Part shown: in pieces, positions 40,338 to 50,205 of the stretch
How the letters are laid out: each line of letters starts with the position of its first letter
Numbering within the stretch: position 1 is the stretch's first letter
NCBI GenBank assembly: GCA_964427615.1
Contig: CAYRUR010000005.1
Span: 15,369-79,368, forward strand
Reading direction: 5' to 3'
Length of the DNA stretch: 64,000 nucleotides
From: an uncultured Gammaproteobacteria bacterium
Lineage (GTDB): Bacteria; Patescibacteriota; Microgenomatia; Levybacterales; GWA1-39-11
The notes under the pieces: generated by a model
Seen by the model: the letters and a program-made list of their open reading frames with translations, nothing else
What the model was told of the DNA's origin: nothing
The model's database searches: none
Made by a program: the position numbers and the translations under genes

Positions 40338-41333
40338 ATGTTAGTGGACGATGTAACAATAACAATAAAAGCAGGGGATGGAGGAAAAGGAGGAATGGCT
40401 TTTCGTCATACTGCAGGAACTATCAAAACGCCTCCTGATGGAGGTAATGGGGGCAGAGGAGGAGACATCTATTTTGAGGCATCTCATGATGTTTCTGATT
40501 TGAGTGAGTTTCGATTTAAAAAGAAAATAGAAGCAGAGGATGGTGAATCAGGAAGGCGCAATAATCAGTATGGAAAAGCAGGAGAGGATATAACAGTAAA
40601 AGTACCTATAGGTACTACAATAGAGGATATCCATACGGGTGATGTTGCAGAATTGGATAAGCAAGGGGATAGATTTTTGGTAGCCAGAGGAGGCAGAGGT
40701 GGTTTGGGTAATAGGGAGGTCAATAAACGAGGACGTAGTAACCCTGAAGTTTTACGTTTGGAAGAGGGAGAGCCGGGAGAGGAGAAAGAAATACATCTGG
40801 TTTTAAAGCTTATCGCTGAAGTAGGTTTGGTAGGGTTTCCCAATGCTGGAAAAAGTACACTTATTAATGCATTGACCAGATCAAAATCAAAAATAGGGGC
40901 GTATCCTTTTACCACTCTTGAGCCTCAATTGGGTGTGATGGATAGTATTGTTTTGGCTGATATTCCAGGACTTATTGAAGGAGCATCAAGTGGAAAAGGT
41001 TTAGGAATTCAATTTCTAAAACATATTGAGAAAACAAAATTGTTGGTGCATTTGATAGATGTAACGAGTGAAAACCCTTTTGATGCTTATATGCTTATTA
41101 GAAATGAGTTTAAAGAATATGGGGGAGTATTACTGGAAAAACCAGAAATTGTTGTTCTTACCAAAACGGACTTAGTAAATGAGAACGAGCTTTCAGAAAA
41201 AAAAGAACAGTTACAAAAAACAGGAAAAGAGATTACTACTTTGTCTGTGTATGATGAGAAGAGTTTGGAAAAAATAAGAACTTTGATACAAGAAAAAGTT
41301 AATGTGCTTCGACTGGAAGAACCTACCGTATAG
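40338..41333 (+). CDS. obg: GTPase Obg/CgtA without C-terminal extension
   Basis: Gly-rich Obg fold, GFPNAGKST, YPFTT, DIPG, TKTD motifs. Confidence 0.92.
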   Translation: MLVDDVTITIKAGDGGKGGMAFRHTAGTIKTPPDGGNGGRGGDIYFEASHDVSDLSEFRFKKKIEAEDGESGRRNNQYGKAGEDITVKVPIGTTIEDIHTGDVAELDKQGDRFLVARGGRGGLGNREVNKRGRSNPEVLRLEEGEPGEEKEIHLVLKLIAEVGLVGFPNAGKSTLINALTRSKSKIGAYPFTTLEPQLGVMDSIVLADIPGLIEGASSGKGLGIQFLKHIEKTKLLVHLIDVTSENPFDAYMLIRNEFKEYGGVLLEKPEIVVLTKTDLVNENELSEKKEQLQKTGKEITTLSVYDEKSLEKIRTLIQEKVNVLRLEEPTV

Positions 41334-41359
41334 CTTATCTCATATTTCCTCAATACTTT

Positions 41360-42091
41360 ATGACAGAAAAAAATGCACAGAATACCATTAGACTTGATAA
41401 ATACCTAGCAAGTCTGGGTGCTGCTTCGCGTAGAGGTATTGCTGTTTTCTTGAAAAAAAAGAGGGTAACCATAAATGGGCAGCGAGTTTTGGAGCCTGGT
41501 ATACGTCTTGATCTTGCAAAAGACAGAGTTAGTATCAATGGGCAAGAGGTAAAACAACCCAAGTACGTATATATTATGCTTAACAAACCCAAAGGCGTTA
41601 TTTCAACTGCCTCTGATGAATATGGTAGAGAAAATGTTACGCAGATGGTAGAGGTAAAAGAAAGAGTTTTTCCAGTTGGTAGATTAGATAAAGATACCAC
41701 AGGGCTTATATTACTTACCAATGATGGAGAAATAGCAAATAAAATTACACATCCCCGGTACCATATGCCAAAAACATATCAACTGCTTATTGCAGGGAGT
41801 GTTGCAAAAGAAAAGATTCGGATATTACGAGAAGGAGTAGATTTAGAAGATGGAAAAACAGCTCCAGCAAAAGTATCAGTAGTGAAAGAGTTAGATGGAA
41901 AGACAGTTTTGCGAATGGTATTGTATGAGGGAAGAAAAAGGCAAATCAGAAGAATGTGTGAAGCATTGCATATTCCTTTACTGGAGTTGAAACGTATTAG
42001 CATAGGTCCTGTACTGTTAAAAAATCTGAAAGTAGGCAAGTGGCGATATTTATCTGAGAAAGAAACTGCTGATTTAAAGAAATCTTTATAA
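41360..42091 (+). CDS. RsuA/RluB-family pseudouridine synthase
   Basis: S4 domain, VGRLDKDTTGL, EGRKRQIRRM motifs. Confidence 0.9.
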   Translation: MTEKNAQNTIRLDKYLASLGAASRRGIAVFLKKKRVTINGQRVLEPGIRLDLAKDRVSINGQEVKQPKYVYIMLNKPKGVISTASDEYGRENVTQMVEVKERVFPVGRLDKDTTGLILLTNDGEIANKITHPRYHMPKTYQLLIAGSVAKEKIRILREGVDLEDGKTAPAKVSVVKELDGKTVLRMVLYEGRKRQIRRMCEALHIPLLELKRISIGPVLLKNLKVGKWRYLSEKETADLKKSL

Positions 42092-42130
42092 TACTATTTT
42101 AGAGTTATTGAATACAATTTATTTACGTAT

Positions 42131-42715
42131 TTATGGAGCATGTAAAGCAGTAACAACTACTCTTTTTGTATAATCTTTTTGAACGGTATCATATATGCCC
42201 CCACAGGTAATGAGGAAAAGTTTTGAACTTATTTCATTTGATCCAAAAATATACTCGAGTGGCACTTCATTTGTGTTATAGGAAGTGGTATCGGTTACGA
42301 CAAATTTGTACATTTTGTTATTTTTATCCTTGATATAGATCAAGTCTCCAGTCTTTAACATTTTTATTCCATAAAATACAGAGGGTTTTCCGGTGGGGGT
42401 ATCAACATGTCCATTGATAACTGCATTTCCTATTGCTCCTGGAATACTGCCTGGCTGATACCAGGCAACATTGTAAACATTTTTAGGTACATCCATAGCT
42501 CCTTTTTTATCAATTCCAACCTGCTCTACAGATGCCTGTATTCTCAGACTAGGAATAATAAGTTGCGAAGGAGTACCTGGAGTTGCTTCTGAGGAAACGG
42601 TAATAGGACTTATTAACGTGTAAGCTTCTGTAGGAAACTGAGTAAGAAGGGTACCAAAAAGGAGCCCTGTGATAGAAAAAATAATAACAGTGAGGGCGTA
42701 GACACATTTTTTCAT
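42131..42715 (-). CDS. Class F sortase
   Basis: N-terminal TM, WY..G..PG..GNAVINGHVD, LITCGG and KRVVV (His-Cys-Arg triad); ATG 42715. Confidence 0.88.
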   Translation of the reverse strand: MKKCVYALTVIIFSITGLLFGTLLTQFPTEAYTLISPITVSSEATPGTPSQLIIPSLRIQASVEQVGIDKKGAMDVPKNVYNVAWYQPGSIPGAIGNAVINGHVDTPTGKPSVFYGIKMLKTGDLIYIKDKNNKMYKFVVTDTTSYNTNEVPLEYIFGSNEISSKLFLITCGGIYDTVQKDYTKRVVVTALHAP

Positions 42716-42730
42716 AGTACTGTTGTAAGC

Positions 42731-42767
42731 AGAATACAATGCACTTGCAAGCAGTGCACTGTATTCT
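42731..42767 (-). terminator. 15-bp stem-loop between the peptide gene and the sortase gene
   Basis: Minus strand AGAATACAGTGCACT...AGTGCATTGTATTCT (one G-U pair); no U-tail. Confidence 0.55.
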
Positions 42768-42790
42768 CTATGTTCATAGTCTAGAGACAT

Positions 42791-43003
42791 CTATCCTTGC
42801 CCAAAACCAGTAGTAGGTGGTCTTACAGGCCTCTCAGTTGGTGTTGGAGTAGTATCTCGGTCTCGATCTTGGGTGGGTGTTGGAGAAACTCGTCTTGTAT
42901 CTTCTGTTGGTGTCGGTGTTTGTGTTTGAGCGTTTACGATCACAGTTGCTGCAAAAAAAGATACTACTAAAGACAAAACTGATATTGCTAAAATCTTTCG
43001 CAT
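42791..43003 (-). CDS. Small secreted Thr/Pro-rich peptide with C-terminal PPTTG motif (putative sortase substrate)
   Basis: AAAGGGGGTGA SD, signal peptide ending VNA, (TP)n repeats, terminal RPPTTGFGQG. Confidence 0.8.
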   Translation of the reverse strand: MRKILAISVLSLVVSFFAATVIVNAQTQTPTPTEDTRRVSPTPTQDRDRDTTPTPTERPVRPPTTGFGQG

Positions 43004-43156
43004 AAAATCACCCCCTTTCATACATGTATTGAGTAATATAGAGTCTTTCTATAAAAGCAGAGTTAAATACGCGTAAGAATAAAATAATAAATGTAGAGTG
43101 TTAACTGCTCTGTGATGTAAAATACTTCTTTAAAAGAAAGAGGTAAAAAGGTGCAT

Positions 43157-43399
43157 TTATTTTCTTTCCACTGTAATAGTGCATTCAGTAACGAGTGCAG
43201 CAATTGCTCCGATAGCTGCTAGGAAGGGTGCAAACACAGCTCCTACCATGCCAATAGTCAATGGAAATTCCGCGATTGTTTTTCCTTCTTTATCACTAAT
43301 AATTATCCTTCTAACGTTCCCTTCCCTAATAATCTCCTTTACTTTTTGGATAAGTTCCTCTCCTTTTACGGTAAATGTTTCTTTTTTACTTTGGTTCAT
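43157..43399 (-). CDS. DUF4342-family protein
   Basis: VKEIIREGNVRRIII and LAAIGAIAALVTECTITVER motifs. Confidence 0.82.
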   Translation of the reverse strand: MNQSKKETFTVKGEELIQKVKEIIREGNVRRIIISDKEGKTIAEFPLTIGMVGAVFAPFLAAIGAIAALVTECTITVERK

Positions 43400-43480
43400 A
43401 TTGCTACTTTTATCTTCCTTTGAAGAGGCATTATAAATGAAAAAATAAGTTATACAGTAAGAAAGGTGCAAGTATTTTTA

Positions 43481-43819
43481 TTATAGAAGTTCTTGTAAAA
43501 CTACCGCATTGTTATGTTCTTCATCTTTGGCAGCATACACTAGTGTTACTTTTTTATTCTCAGCTACTATTTTTTTTATTTCCGCAAAGGCTTCTTTATT
43601 ATGTTGTATTTCTTCTTGGTACTTTTTTTTGAATGCATCCCATTTTTTGGGGTCATGGGAGAACCATGTTCTTAACTCATTACTGGGAGCAATATCTTTG
43701 AGCCAAAAGTCTATATGTGCTTCTTCTTTTGATACTCCTCGGGGCCAGAGTCTATCAACTAATACCCGTACCTCATCATTTGGTGTGTAGGCTTCGTATA
43801 TTCTTTTTATCTGAATCAT
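43481..43819 (-). CDS. DUF488 (YeaO-like) protein
   Basis: [29 protein letters not shown] motifs. Confidence 0.9.
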   Translation of the reverse strand: MIQIKRIYEAYTPNDEVRVLVDRLWPRGVSKEEAHIDFWLKDIAPSNELRTWFSHDPKKWDAFKKKYQEEIQHNKEAFAEIKKIVAENKKVTLVYAAKDEEHNNAVVLQELL

Positions 43820-43882
43820 AGGTAAATGAGAAGGAAATAGCTTATTTTATTTAGTATAGCATGAATTTTGGCCTGTGTGATT

Positions 43883-44716
43883 TTAATGTCGTACACTACT
43901 TTTAACTGTTTCTAAATCTTCTAAATTTACTTTTAGTAATTCTTTATTTATTTCTTTCCCTAAAAATAATTGCACAGTATTAACTGTTTTTTCAGATAAG
44001 TCAGTCACATAGAAATAACGTTCTGGATTAATTGTTGTGTTATTGAGTAAGCGTTTTTCTGTTAATATGTTTTTTAATTTTTGTGCAGTCGGTATTGCTG
44101 AGTCAATGATAGTTACTTTTTCTCCTATTACTTTTTGAATAGTTTGTTTTAGCAAAGGATAGTGAGTACATCCTAGATGAAGGGTATCTATGGTATGAGG
44201 TAAATCAGATAAGTAGTGTTGTGCTGTTATATATGCAATTTCACTTTCACCCAAGCCTTCCTCTGCAATGGGAACAAAAAGAGGACATGCTTTAGCATAA
44301 ACGGTTATGTCAGGGTTCCTTTTTTTGATCTCTATTTCATATGTTTGGCTATTAATAGTAGCAGGGGTGCCGAGGATGGCTATCTGGTTAGTTTTTGTAG
44401 TTTGCACAATTTTTTCTGCTGCCGGAGTTATGACTCCTAAAACAGGTACAGGGGATAATGCTTGAAGAGCTTCAAGACATGTTGCCGAAACAGTGTTACA
44501 TGCGACCACAATAATTTTAATGTCTTTGGTTAATAAATAATGAGTGAGTTGAGTGGCAAAGTTGGTAATTATCTCTTTTCCTCGAGTGCCATAAGGGACT
44601 CTGGCAGTATCACCCAGATAGACGATATTTTCGTTGGGAAGAAGCTGCATAATTTCCTTTACTACAGTCAATCCCCCAATACCTGAATCAAAAATACCGA
44701 TTGCTTTGTTTTGCAT
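43883..44716 (-). CDS. murI: Glutamate racemase
   Basis: FDSGIGGLTV, VACNT, LGCTHYP motifs. Confidence 0.95.
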   Translation of the reverse strand: MQNKAIGIFDSGIGGLTVVKEIMQLLPNENIVYLGDTARVPYGTRGKEIITNFATQLTHYLLTKDIKIIVVACNTVSATCLEALQALSPVPVLGVITPAAEKIVQTTKTNQIAILGTPATINSQTYEIEIKKRNPDITVYAKACPLFVPIAEEGLGESEIAYITAQHYLSDLPHTIDTLHLGCTHYPLLKQTIQKVIGEKVTIIDSAIPTAQKLKNILTEKRLLNNTTINPERYFYVTDLSEKTVNTVQLFLGKEINKELLKVNLEDLETVKSSVRH

Positions 44717-44763
44717 AATAGCAGTATATCAGATGGTTCTATTTGGGATTATAATAATAAAAC

Positions 44764-45456
44764 ATGACAGTGTTTCATATAAAAATTATTGCTATATTTT
44801 CCATGCTCATTGACCATATTGGGCTTTTTCTTTTTCCAGAAGTTTTTTTCTTGAGAATTATTGGAAGACTTGCTTTTCCGCTTTTTGCCTGGCTCATTGC
44901 AAACGGTGCATTGCACACGTCAAATATAAAAGCCTATCTTGCTCGTCTTTTTGGATTTGCTCTCATATCTCAAATTCCTTATGTACTTATTAGTAGAACT
45001 AATGATCCTTTTTTTTCAGGACTTAATATTTTCTTTACGCTTTTTCTCGGATTGATGGCAATTACCTTGATACGAGATGAAAAAAATACTTTGATTCGTT
45101 TTGCGATAATCATTGTTGCAGCTGTGGTAGCAGAGTTAATTGGGGCTGATTATGGAGCCGCAGGGGTACTTTCAATTATTGCTTTTTATCTTACTTTCAA
45201 AGATATAAAAAAGATGGTGTTTGTACAGACATGTATTTTTAGCCTTTTTTATGTTTTACCAGCAACTATGACTATGATGTATACTTCCTCATCTTCTTTT
45301 ATCCCTCCTCTTGGTCTTTTTCAGATCTTTGCGGTTGTTTCACTTTTGTTTATAGGATTTTATAACAACCAGCAAGGTCCAAAACTAAAATACCTTTTTT
45401 ATTTTTTTTATCCACTCCATTTGCTGGTATTGTATCTTATAAAAGTATTGTATTGA
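44764..45456 (+). CDS. TraX-family membrane acyltransferase-like protein
   Basis: KIIA..SM.IDH, GRLAFPLF, FYFFYPLHL motifs. Confidence 0.85.
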   Translation: MTVFHIKIIAIFSMLIDHIGLFLFPEVFFLRIIGRLAFPLFAWLIANGALHTSNIKAYLARLFGFALISQIPYVLISRTNDPFFSGLNIFFTLFLGLMAITLIRDEKNTLIRFAIIIVAAVVAELIGADYGAAGVLSIIAFYLTFKDIKKMVFVQTCIFSLFYVLPATMTMMYTSSSSFIPPLGLFQIFAVVSLLFIGFYNNQQGPKLKYLFYFFYPLHLLVLYLIKVLY

Positions 45457-45487
45457 ATATCTGAAAGAAAGAATTTTAGAGGGATAA

Positions 45488-47755
45488 TTAGTCTCTGGTA
45501 AAAGGAGGAACTAGTCTTCCTGTAGGACTTGCAGTTACATCAGGTAACTCATTCACGGTAGGGGTTGGTGCTTTGGTAGGAGTTGGTATATTGGTGGGGG
45601 TAGGAGTGGGATTTTCTTTTTCATCCTTGTTATCTTCATTTTTGTCTTTATCCTCATCTTTTTTCTCTTCGTCTGGAGTGGGGGTAGGAGTTGGTAGGTT
45701 ACAATCCTTAGTAGGTGCTGTGCCTCTCAGGAAAAATTCAGGGTAGGCAGAAGAGGTTGCGTATTCTGCTTTTAGTCCATTCTCAGAACAGATAAGTTCT
45801 TCAATAACATTTGAGGGACGGGCAAATGTTAAGATAGGTTTTCTTACTAAATAGCTTTCCATGATCTGTCTCCAAATTGGTGCCGCTCCCAGGCTTCCTG
45901 CAACCGAGTCCATTGGCGTATTATCACTATTACCCACCCATGCGCCAACTACAATTTGAGGAGTATAACCAATGGTGAGAGCATCTCGATAATTTTCTGT
46001 TGTTCCTGTTTTTACTGCTGCCTGTCTTGAAAGGGTAAGTGATGAGCCAAACGTATCTTGTCTTACTTTATCATCAGACAAAATAGATGAAATAAGAAAA
46101 GCAATTGATTCAGGCAGTACAATACGTGGATCTTGTTCATGCTGGAAAATAATTTGTCCATTTTTGTTTCTTACTTCGGTAAAAAGCGTATATTCATTTA
46201 AAATTCCCCTGTTAGCAAAGGCAGCATATGCATTGGTCATTTCAATAAGCGGTACTTCTGCAGCTCCTAAGACCAAAGGAAGACCGTAATCAGCGTTATC
46301 TTGTAAGGTAGTAATGCCCAATTCTTGAGCCATATTGATACCATCTCTTACTCCTACCATATTCATTACGTGTACTGCTGGAATATTTAAAGAGTTGGCA
46401 AGTGCATAACGGACAGTTACTTCTCCTCTAAATTTATTGTCGTAGTTGCGAGGTGTATATCCACCAAAACTTACTTTCTCATCTTTGAGCATAGTTGCGG
46501 GAGTTATGAGATGTTCTTCAAGTGCTTTGGCATAGATAATGGGTTTGAAAGAAGAGCCTGGTTGGCGAGGTTTGATAGCCATATTTATTTTTCCGTTTTC
46601 TGTATCCTGCCAGTCATGACTGCCAACCAGTGCTAATACTTCACCTGTTGTTGGGTCTATTGCCACGGCAGCCCCATTTGAAACATCATTTCCGCTTAGT
46701 CTCTGTACTTGGTTTGCTACTACTTGTTGAGCTCTTCTTTGCAAACTCCTATCAAGGGTAGTTTTAACTACAAATCCGGATTGAGCTACTCTTTGCTCAC
46801 CGTATTTTTTAATAAGCTGGTCTTGTACCATGAGAGCAAAATGGACTGCTTCATCATTGATATCTTGCTTTTGTGGATTAAAAACAATTTCAGTTTCTTT
46901 AGCATTTTCTGCTTGTTCTTTCGTGATATATCCTTGTTCTTGCATGAGGTCCAGTATCAATTGCTGCCTTTCAAATGCCCGTTCTTTATCTCCTGAAAGA
47001 GGTGATAGAGCAGAGGGCGCACGGATAATACCAGCAAGTAAAGCGCTTTCTGCAACAGTTAGGTTACTAGTACTTTTTGAAAAGTATCGACGCGAAGCAT
47101 CTTCAATACCAAAAGCTCCTTCACCAAAATACGTAGTATTCAGATACATTTCCAAGATATCATCTTTTGAGTAGCGTCTTTCAAGTTCTATGGCAAGCAC
47201 TAATTCTTGGTATTTTCGCAATAGATTTTTATTTTGTGAAAGAAGCGTATTTTTCATAAGCTGTTGAGAGATAGTAGAGCCTCCTGCTGCAAATCCTTCT
47301 TTTTGGATGTTGGTTTTGATAGCTCTTAGAATACCGTTGATTGAAAATCCGGGATGCTTATAAAAATCTTTATCCTCGACTGCTATGAATGCTTGTTGCG
47401 TATGTATTGGAATAGAGGAAAGGGGAACAGTATTTTTGGTATGCGCCTCAAAGAGAGTAAAAAAAGGAGTCCCTTCTCTATCCAAAAGTACTACTCCTTC
47501 ATTTTTTCTATTCATAATCCTTTCTTTACTAGAGAGATCGCGGACAAAATAAAGGTAAGTAAGAATTGGGGTTATGATAAGGATGGCAATCCCTGCAAGG
47601 ATGGCATAGGTAATAGGTTTGCGACTTTTTTTTATAAACTGCTTGATATCATTTCTATTCATATTCTTGAGACGTTTTATATAAATAGGCAATGCTTCTT
47701 TGAAGTTTTTAGCCTTTTGCCAGTAGGCTTTGAAAAAGGGCACCCCGTTTTTCAT
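45488..47755 (-). CDS. Class A penicillin-binding protein (PBP1A family)
   Basis: EDKDFY.H, GGSTISQQL, YLN; SSFK, SLN, KTG motifs; PT/KDE-rich tail; ATG 47755 lies 6 nt after TATACT. Confidence 0.92.
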   Translation of the reverse strand: MKNGVPFFKAYWQKAKNFKEALPIYIKRLKNMNRNDIKQFIKKSRKPITYAILAGIAILIITPILTYLYFVRDLSSKERIMNRKNEGVVLLDREGTPFFTLFEAHTKNTVPLSSIPIHTQQAFIAVEDKDFYKHPGFSINGILRAIKTNIQKEGFAAGGSTISQQLMKNTLLSQNKNLLRKYQELVLAIELERRYSKDDILEMYLNTTYFGEGAFGIEDASRRYFSKSTSNLTVAESALLAGIIRAPSALSPLSGDKERAFERQQLILDLMQEQGYITKEQAENAKETEIVFNPQKQDINDEAVHFALMVQDQLIKKYGEQRVAQSGFVVKTTLDRSLQRRAQQVVANQVQRLSGNDVSNGAAVAIDPTTGEVLALVGSHDWQDTENGKINMAIKPRQPGSSFKPIIYAKALEEHLITPATMLKDEKVSFGGYTPRNYDNKFRGEVTVRYALANSLNIPAVHVMNMVGVRDGINMAQELGITTLQDNADYGLPLVLGAAEVPLIEMTNAYAAFANRGILNEYTLFTEVRNKNGQIIFQHEQDPRIVLPESIAFLISSILSDDKVRQDTFGSSLTLSRQAAVKTGTTENYRDALTIGYTPQIVVGAWVGNSDNTPMDSVAGSLGAAPIWRQIMESYLVRKPILTFARPSNVIEELICSENGLKAEYATSSAYPEFFLRGTAPTKDCNLPTPTPTPDEEKKDEDKDKNEDNKDEKENPTPTPTNIPTPTKAPTPTVNELPDVTASPTGRLVPPFTRD

Positions 47756-47886
47756 AGGTATAGTATATATAATAGTTATTGTGCGACTAAAATGCAAAAA
47801 GTGAGGGTAGAATTAGTGTAAGAGACTTAAGTTAAATAATTAATTATTTCTTTTGTCAGTAACATGTAGCGTTTTGAGCTTTTAGA

Positions 47887-48522
47887 TTACCATGTTATAT
47901 CTTGTTCTTGTTGAGATGGGTAGCTGGAAATCCCTTTATTGGTAACAGTGAAAACTTCTCCATTATCAAGTGTCGCTGAAAGTGAATAATTGAGTAGGTC
48001 TTGAGAAGCGGCATAGGTATAACGCTTACCAGATACAGGATCTGTAGGAGGTTGTGAAAGAAGATTTCCTTTTTCATCCTCAATAGCAAAATCAGGAAAA
48101 AGAGAGTCTAATACTTGAGGAAATCTTTTATGCACAGCGTAATACTTTTCAAGGCTTAATTGTAAAGCAGAAACAGTAAGCATTCTTCTTGCATCATTGG
48201 TAAGTTTTCCATCCGGAGTAAAAGCAGGATCATTGGTACTTTCTCTGAAAGGAGAGCATGGAGCTTGCGTAGGAATTTGTGTAATCACGGTTGGTGTAGG
48301 ACCATCAGGTCGGAATAGTATCCCTTGTGGTCTGCTTGGTTCACAAGTTGGTAGAGGTGGGGTAGGCGTATTGGTAGGTTCTTGAGTGGGAGAAATAAGC
48401 GCAGTTGCAGTATCTTTCTTTTCGTTTGATTTTTCTTTGTTTTTATTTAATAGGAAATATCCTCCAGTGATGCTCAAACCAATAACTATTAGGATTGCTA
48501 ATCCTAGTATCATCCATTTCAT
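47887..48522 (-). CDS. Membrane-anchored protein with GspG/pilin-like C-terminal domain; N-terminus possibly frameshifted
   Basis: TM segment, PT linker, DARR...LQLSLEKYY....FP..L, DPVSG..Y.Y, YSLSATL pattern. Confidence 0.65.
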   Translation of the reverse strand: MKWMILGLAILIVIGLSITGGYFLLNKNKEKSNEKKDTATALISPTQEPTNTPTPPLPTCEPSRPQGILFRPDGPTPTVITQIPTQAPCSPFRESTNDPAFTPDGKLTNDARRMLTVSALQLSLEKYYAVHKRFPQVLDSLFPDFAIEDEKGNLLSQPPTDPVSGKRYTYAASQDLLNYSLSATLDNGEVFTVTNKGISSYPSQQEQDITW

Positions 48523-48758
48523 TTTTTGTGATGGTAGCGGTGTGGGAGGTTGTGAAAGAACATTTTGGGGTTGAGGAATATTTTGCTGTTGGAAAACTGG
48601 AGTACTTTCCTGAGAAGGGCTAGAGAAGGAAGATCCATATGATTTTATTATGAAGCTTTGAGCATTATGGTGTCAATTACTATACGAGGATCAAAATGTA
48701 CTACTCTGGAAAAAGCAACGGGATAGCAAATACTACAGGTAGGGAGTATACTAGTGGC

Positions 48759-50186
48759 ATGGTAAAGGCAGTTTGGGACAGTAAATCGGGAGGAGATTTT
48801 AGTGCCTCTTTTGATTGTTATATTGCAGAAGCATTGCTATCAGAAGGCTGGGCAGTTGGGACATGCGAAGAAGTAATGGATAGATACAAGGTCTCAACGC
48901 TTGAAGAGCTTGCTCAAAAACAGCAAGAAAAACTACAAACATTTCCTCGTCTAGAAAAACTTTTTTATGAAGTAGAAATGCCTATGGCCAAGATACTATG
49001 GCAAATGGAGCAGAAAGGTATTTTGCTTGATACAAAAAAGCTGCAAGCAGTTGGGAGTGAGATAGATAGTTTAGTGAAGTCAGCACAAGAACAGATAAGA
49101 AAAGAAATAGGAGATGAAATTAATATCAACTCTCCAACACAATTAGGTGCTTTTTTAGCGGAGAAATTGGGTATTCCATTAGGACGTACCAAGACTGGAA
49201 AGTATGCAACAAATGAAAGGGAACTATCTAAATTTAGAGAGCAATTTCCTATCATTGACAATTTGTTACTTTTTCGAGAATTGATGAAATTGCGTTCTAC
49301 TTATGTGGAAAGCCTTATTCAAAAAGTAGATAAAGACAGCCGAATTCATACCACTTATCACCAAGTATATGTCAGTACAGGAAGACTTGCGTCTTCCAAT
49401 CCCAATTTACAAAATATTCCTGTTTCATCTCCTATTGGACTCAAGATAAAATCATGTTTTGTGGCTTCTCCTGGATTCACGCTTGTTTCTTTTGATTACT
49501 CTCAACAAGAACTTCGTATTCTTGCACATCTCACAGGAGAAAAGGCATTGATACAGGCGTTTGAAGAAAACGTGGATGTGCATAGTTTGACTGCAAGCAA
49601 ACTTTTTGATGTAGTTCCTTCAGAGGTTTCCAAACAGCAAAGAACTATTGGAAAAACAATTAATTTTGGCATTATTTATGGCATGAGTAGTTTTGGCATG
49701 AGTGAAGGATTACGGATTCCTCAAGCGGATGCAGAGAAATTTATCCAACAATTTTATGCTTCTTATCAACAGATAAAAGGGTATTACGATACGTATCTAA
49801 AAAATGCCCGTATTCATGGTTTTGTTGAAACACTTTTAGGACGAAGACGATATGTTTTTGATGATCCTGGCAAGCATTTTATTGACAATGGTATGAAGCG
49901 GGTACTGATGAATTATCCGATTCAAGGGAGTGCTGCTGATTTAATGAAAAAAGCTATGGTAGATGTACAAAAAACAGTTCTTGCAAAATACCCTGATATT
50001 TCGCTACTTCTACAGATTCATGACGAACTTATATTTGAAGTACCTGATACGGATAAAAAGAAACTTATGAAAATTATTAGTGAAATAAAAACAGTATTAT
50101 GCTCTGTGTATCCACTACAAGTGCCTCTAGCAGTGGATGTAAAGATAGGAAAACAGTGGGGAGACATGCAGAGATTTGATAAGTAA
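48759..50186 (+). CDS. polA: Family A DNA polymerase, polymerase domain only
   Basis: TGRLASSNPNLQNIP, DYSQQELR, KTINFGIIYG, IHDEL motifs; ATG 48759 lies 6 nt after TATACT. Confidence 0.88.
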   Translation: MVKAVWDSKSGGDFSASFDCYIAEALLSEGWAVGTCEEVMDRYKVSTLEELAQKQQEKLQTFPRLEKLFYEVEMPMAKILWQMEQKGILLDTKKLQAVGSEIDSLVKSAQEQIRKEIGDEININSPTQLGAFLAEKLGIPLGRTKTGKYATNERELSKFREQFPIIDNLLLFRELMKLRSTYVESLIQKVDKDSRIHTTYHQVYVSTGRLASSNPNLQNIPVSSPIGLKIKSCFVASPGFTLVSFDYSQQELRILAHLTGEKALIQAFEENVDVHSLTASKLFDVVPSEVSKQQRTIGKTINFGIIYGMSSFGMSEGLRIPQADAEKFIQQFYASYQQIKGYYDTYLKNARIHGFVETLLGRRRYVFDDPGKHFIDNGMKRVLMNYPIQGSAADLMKKAMVDVQKTVLAKYPDISLLLQIHDELIFEVPDTDKKKLMKIISEIKTVLCSVYPLQVPLAVDVKIGKQWGDMQRFDK

Positions 50187-50205
50187 GAGGTAAAACTAAA
50201 AATAT

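Noticed and set aside
44764-45456. TraX as evidence of a conjugative element
   Set aside because: Isolated between murI and a PBP gene with no other tra, relaxase or integrase genes
48759-50186. Prophage-type family A polymerase
   Set aside because: Motifs are typical of bacterial Pol I and there are no phage genes nearby
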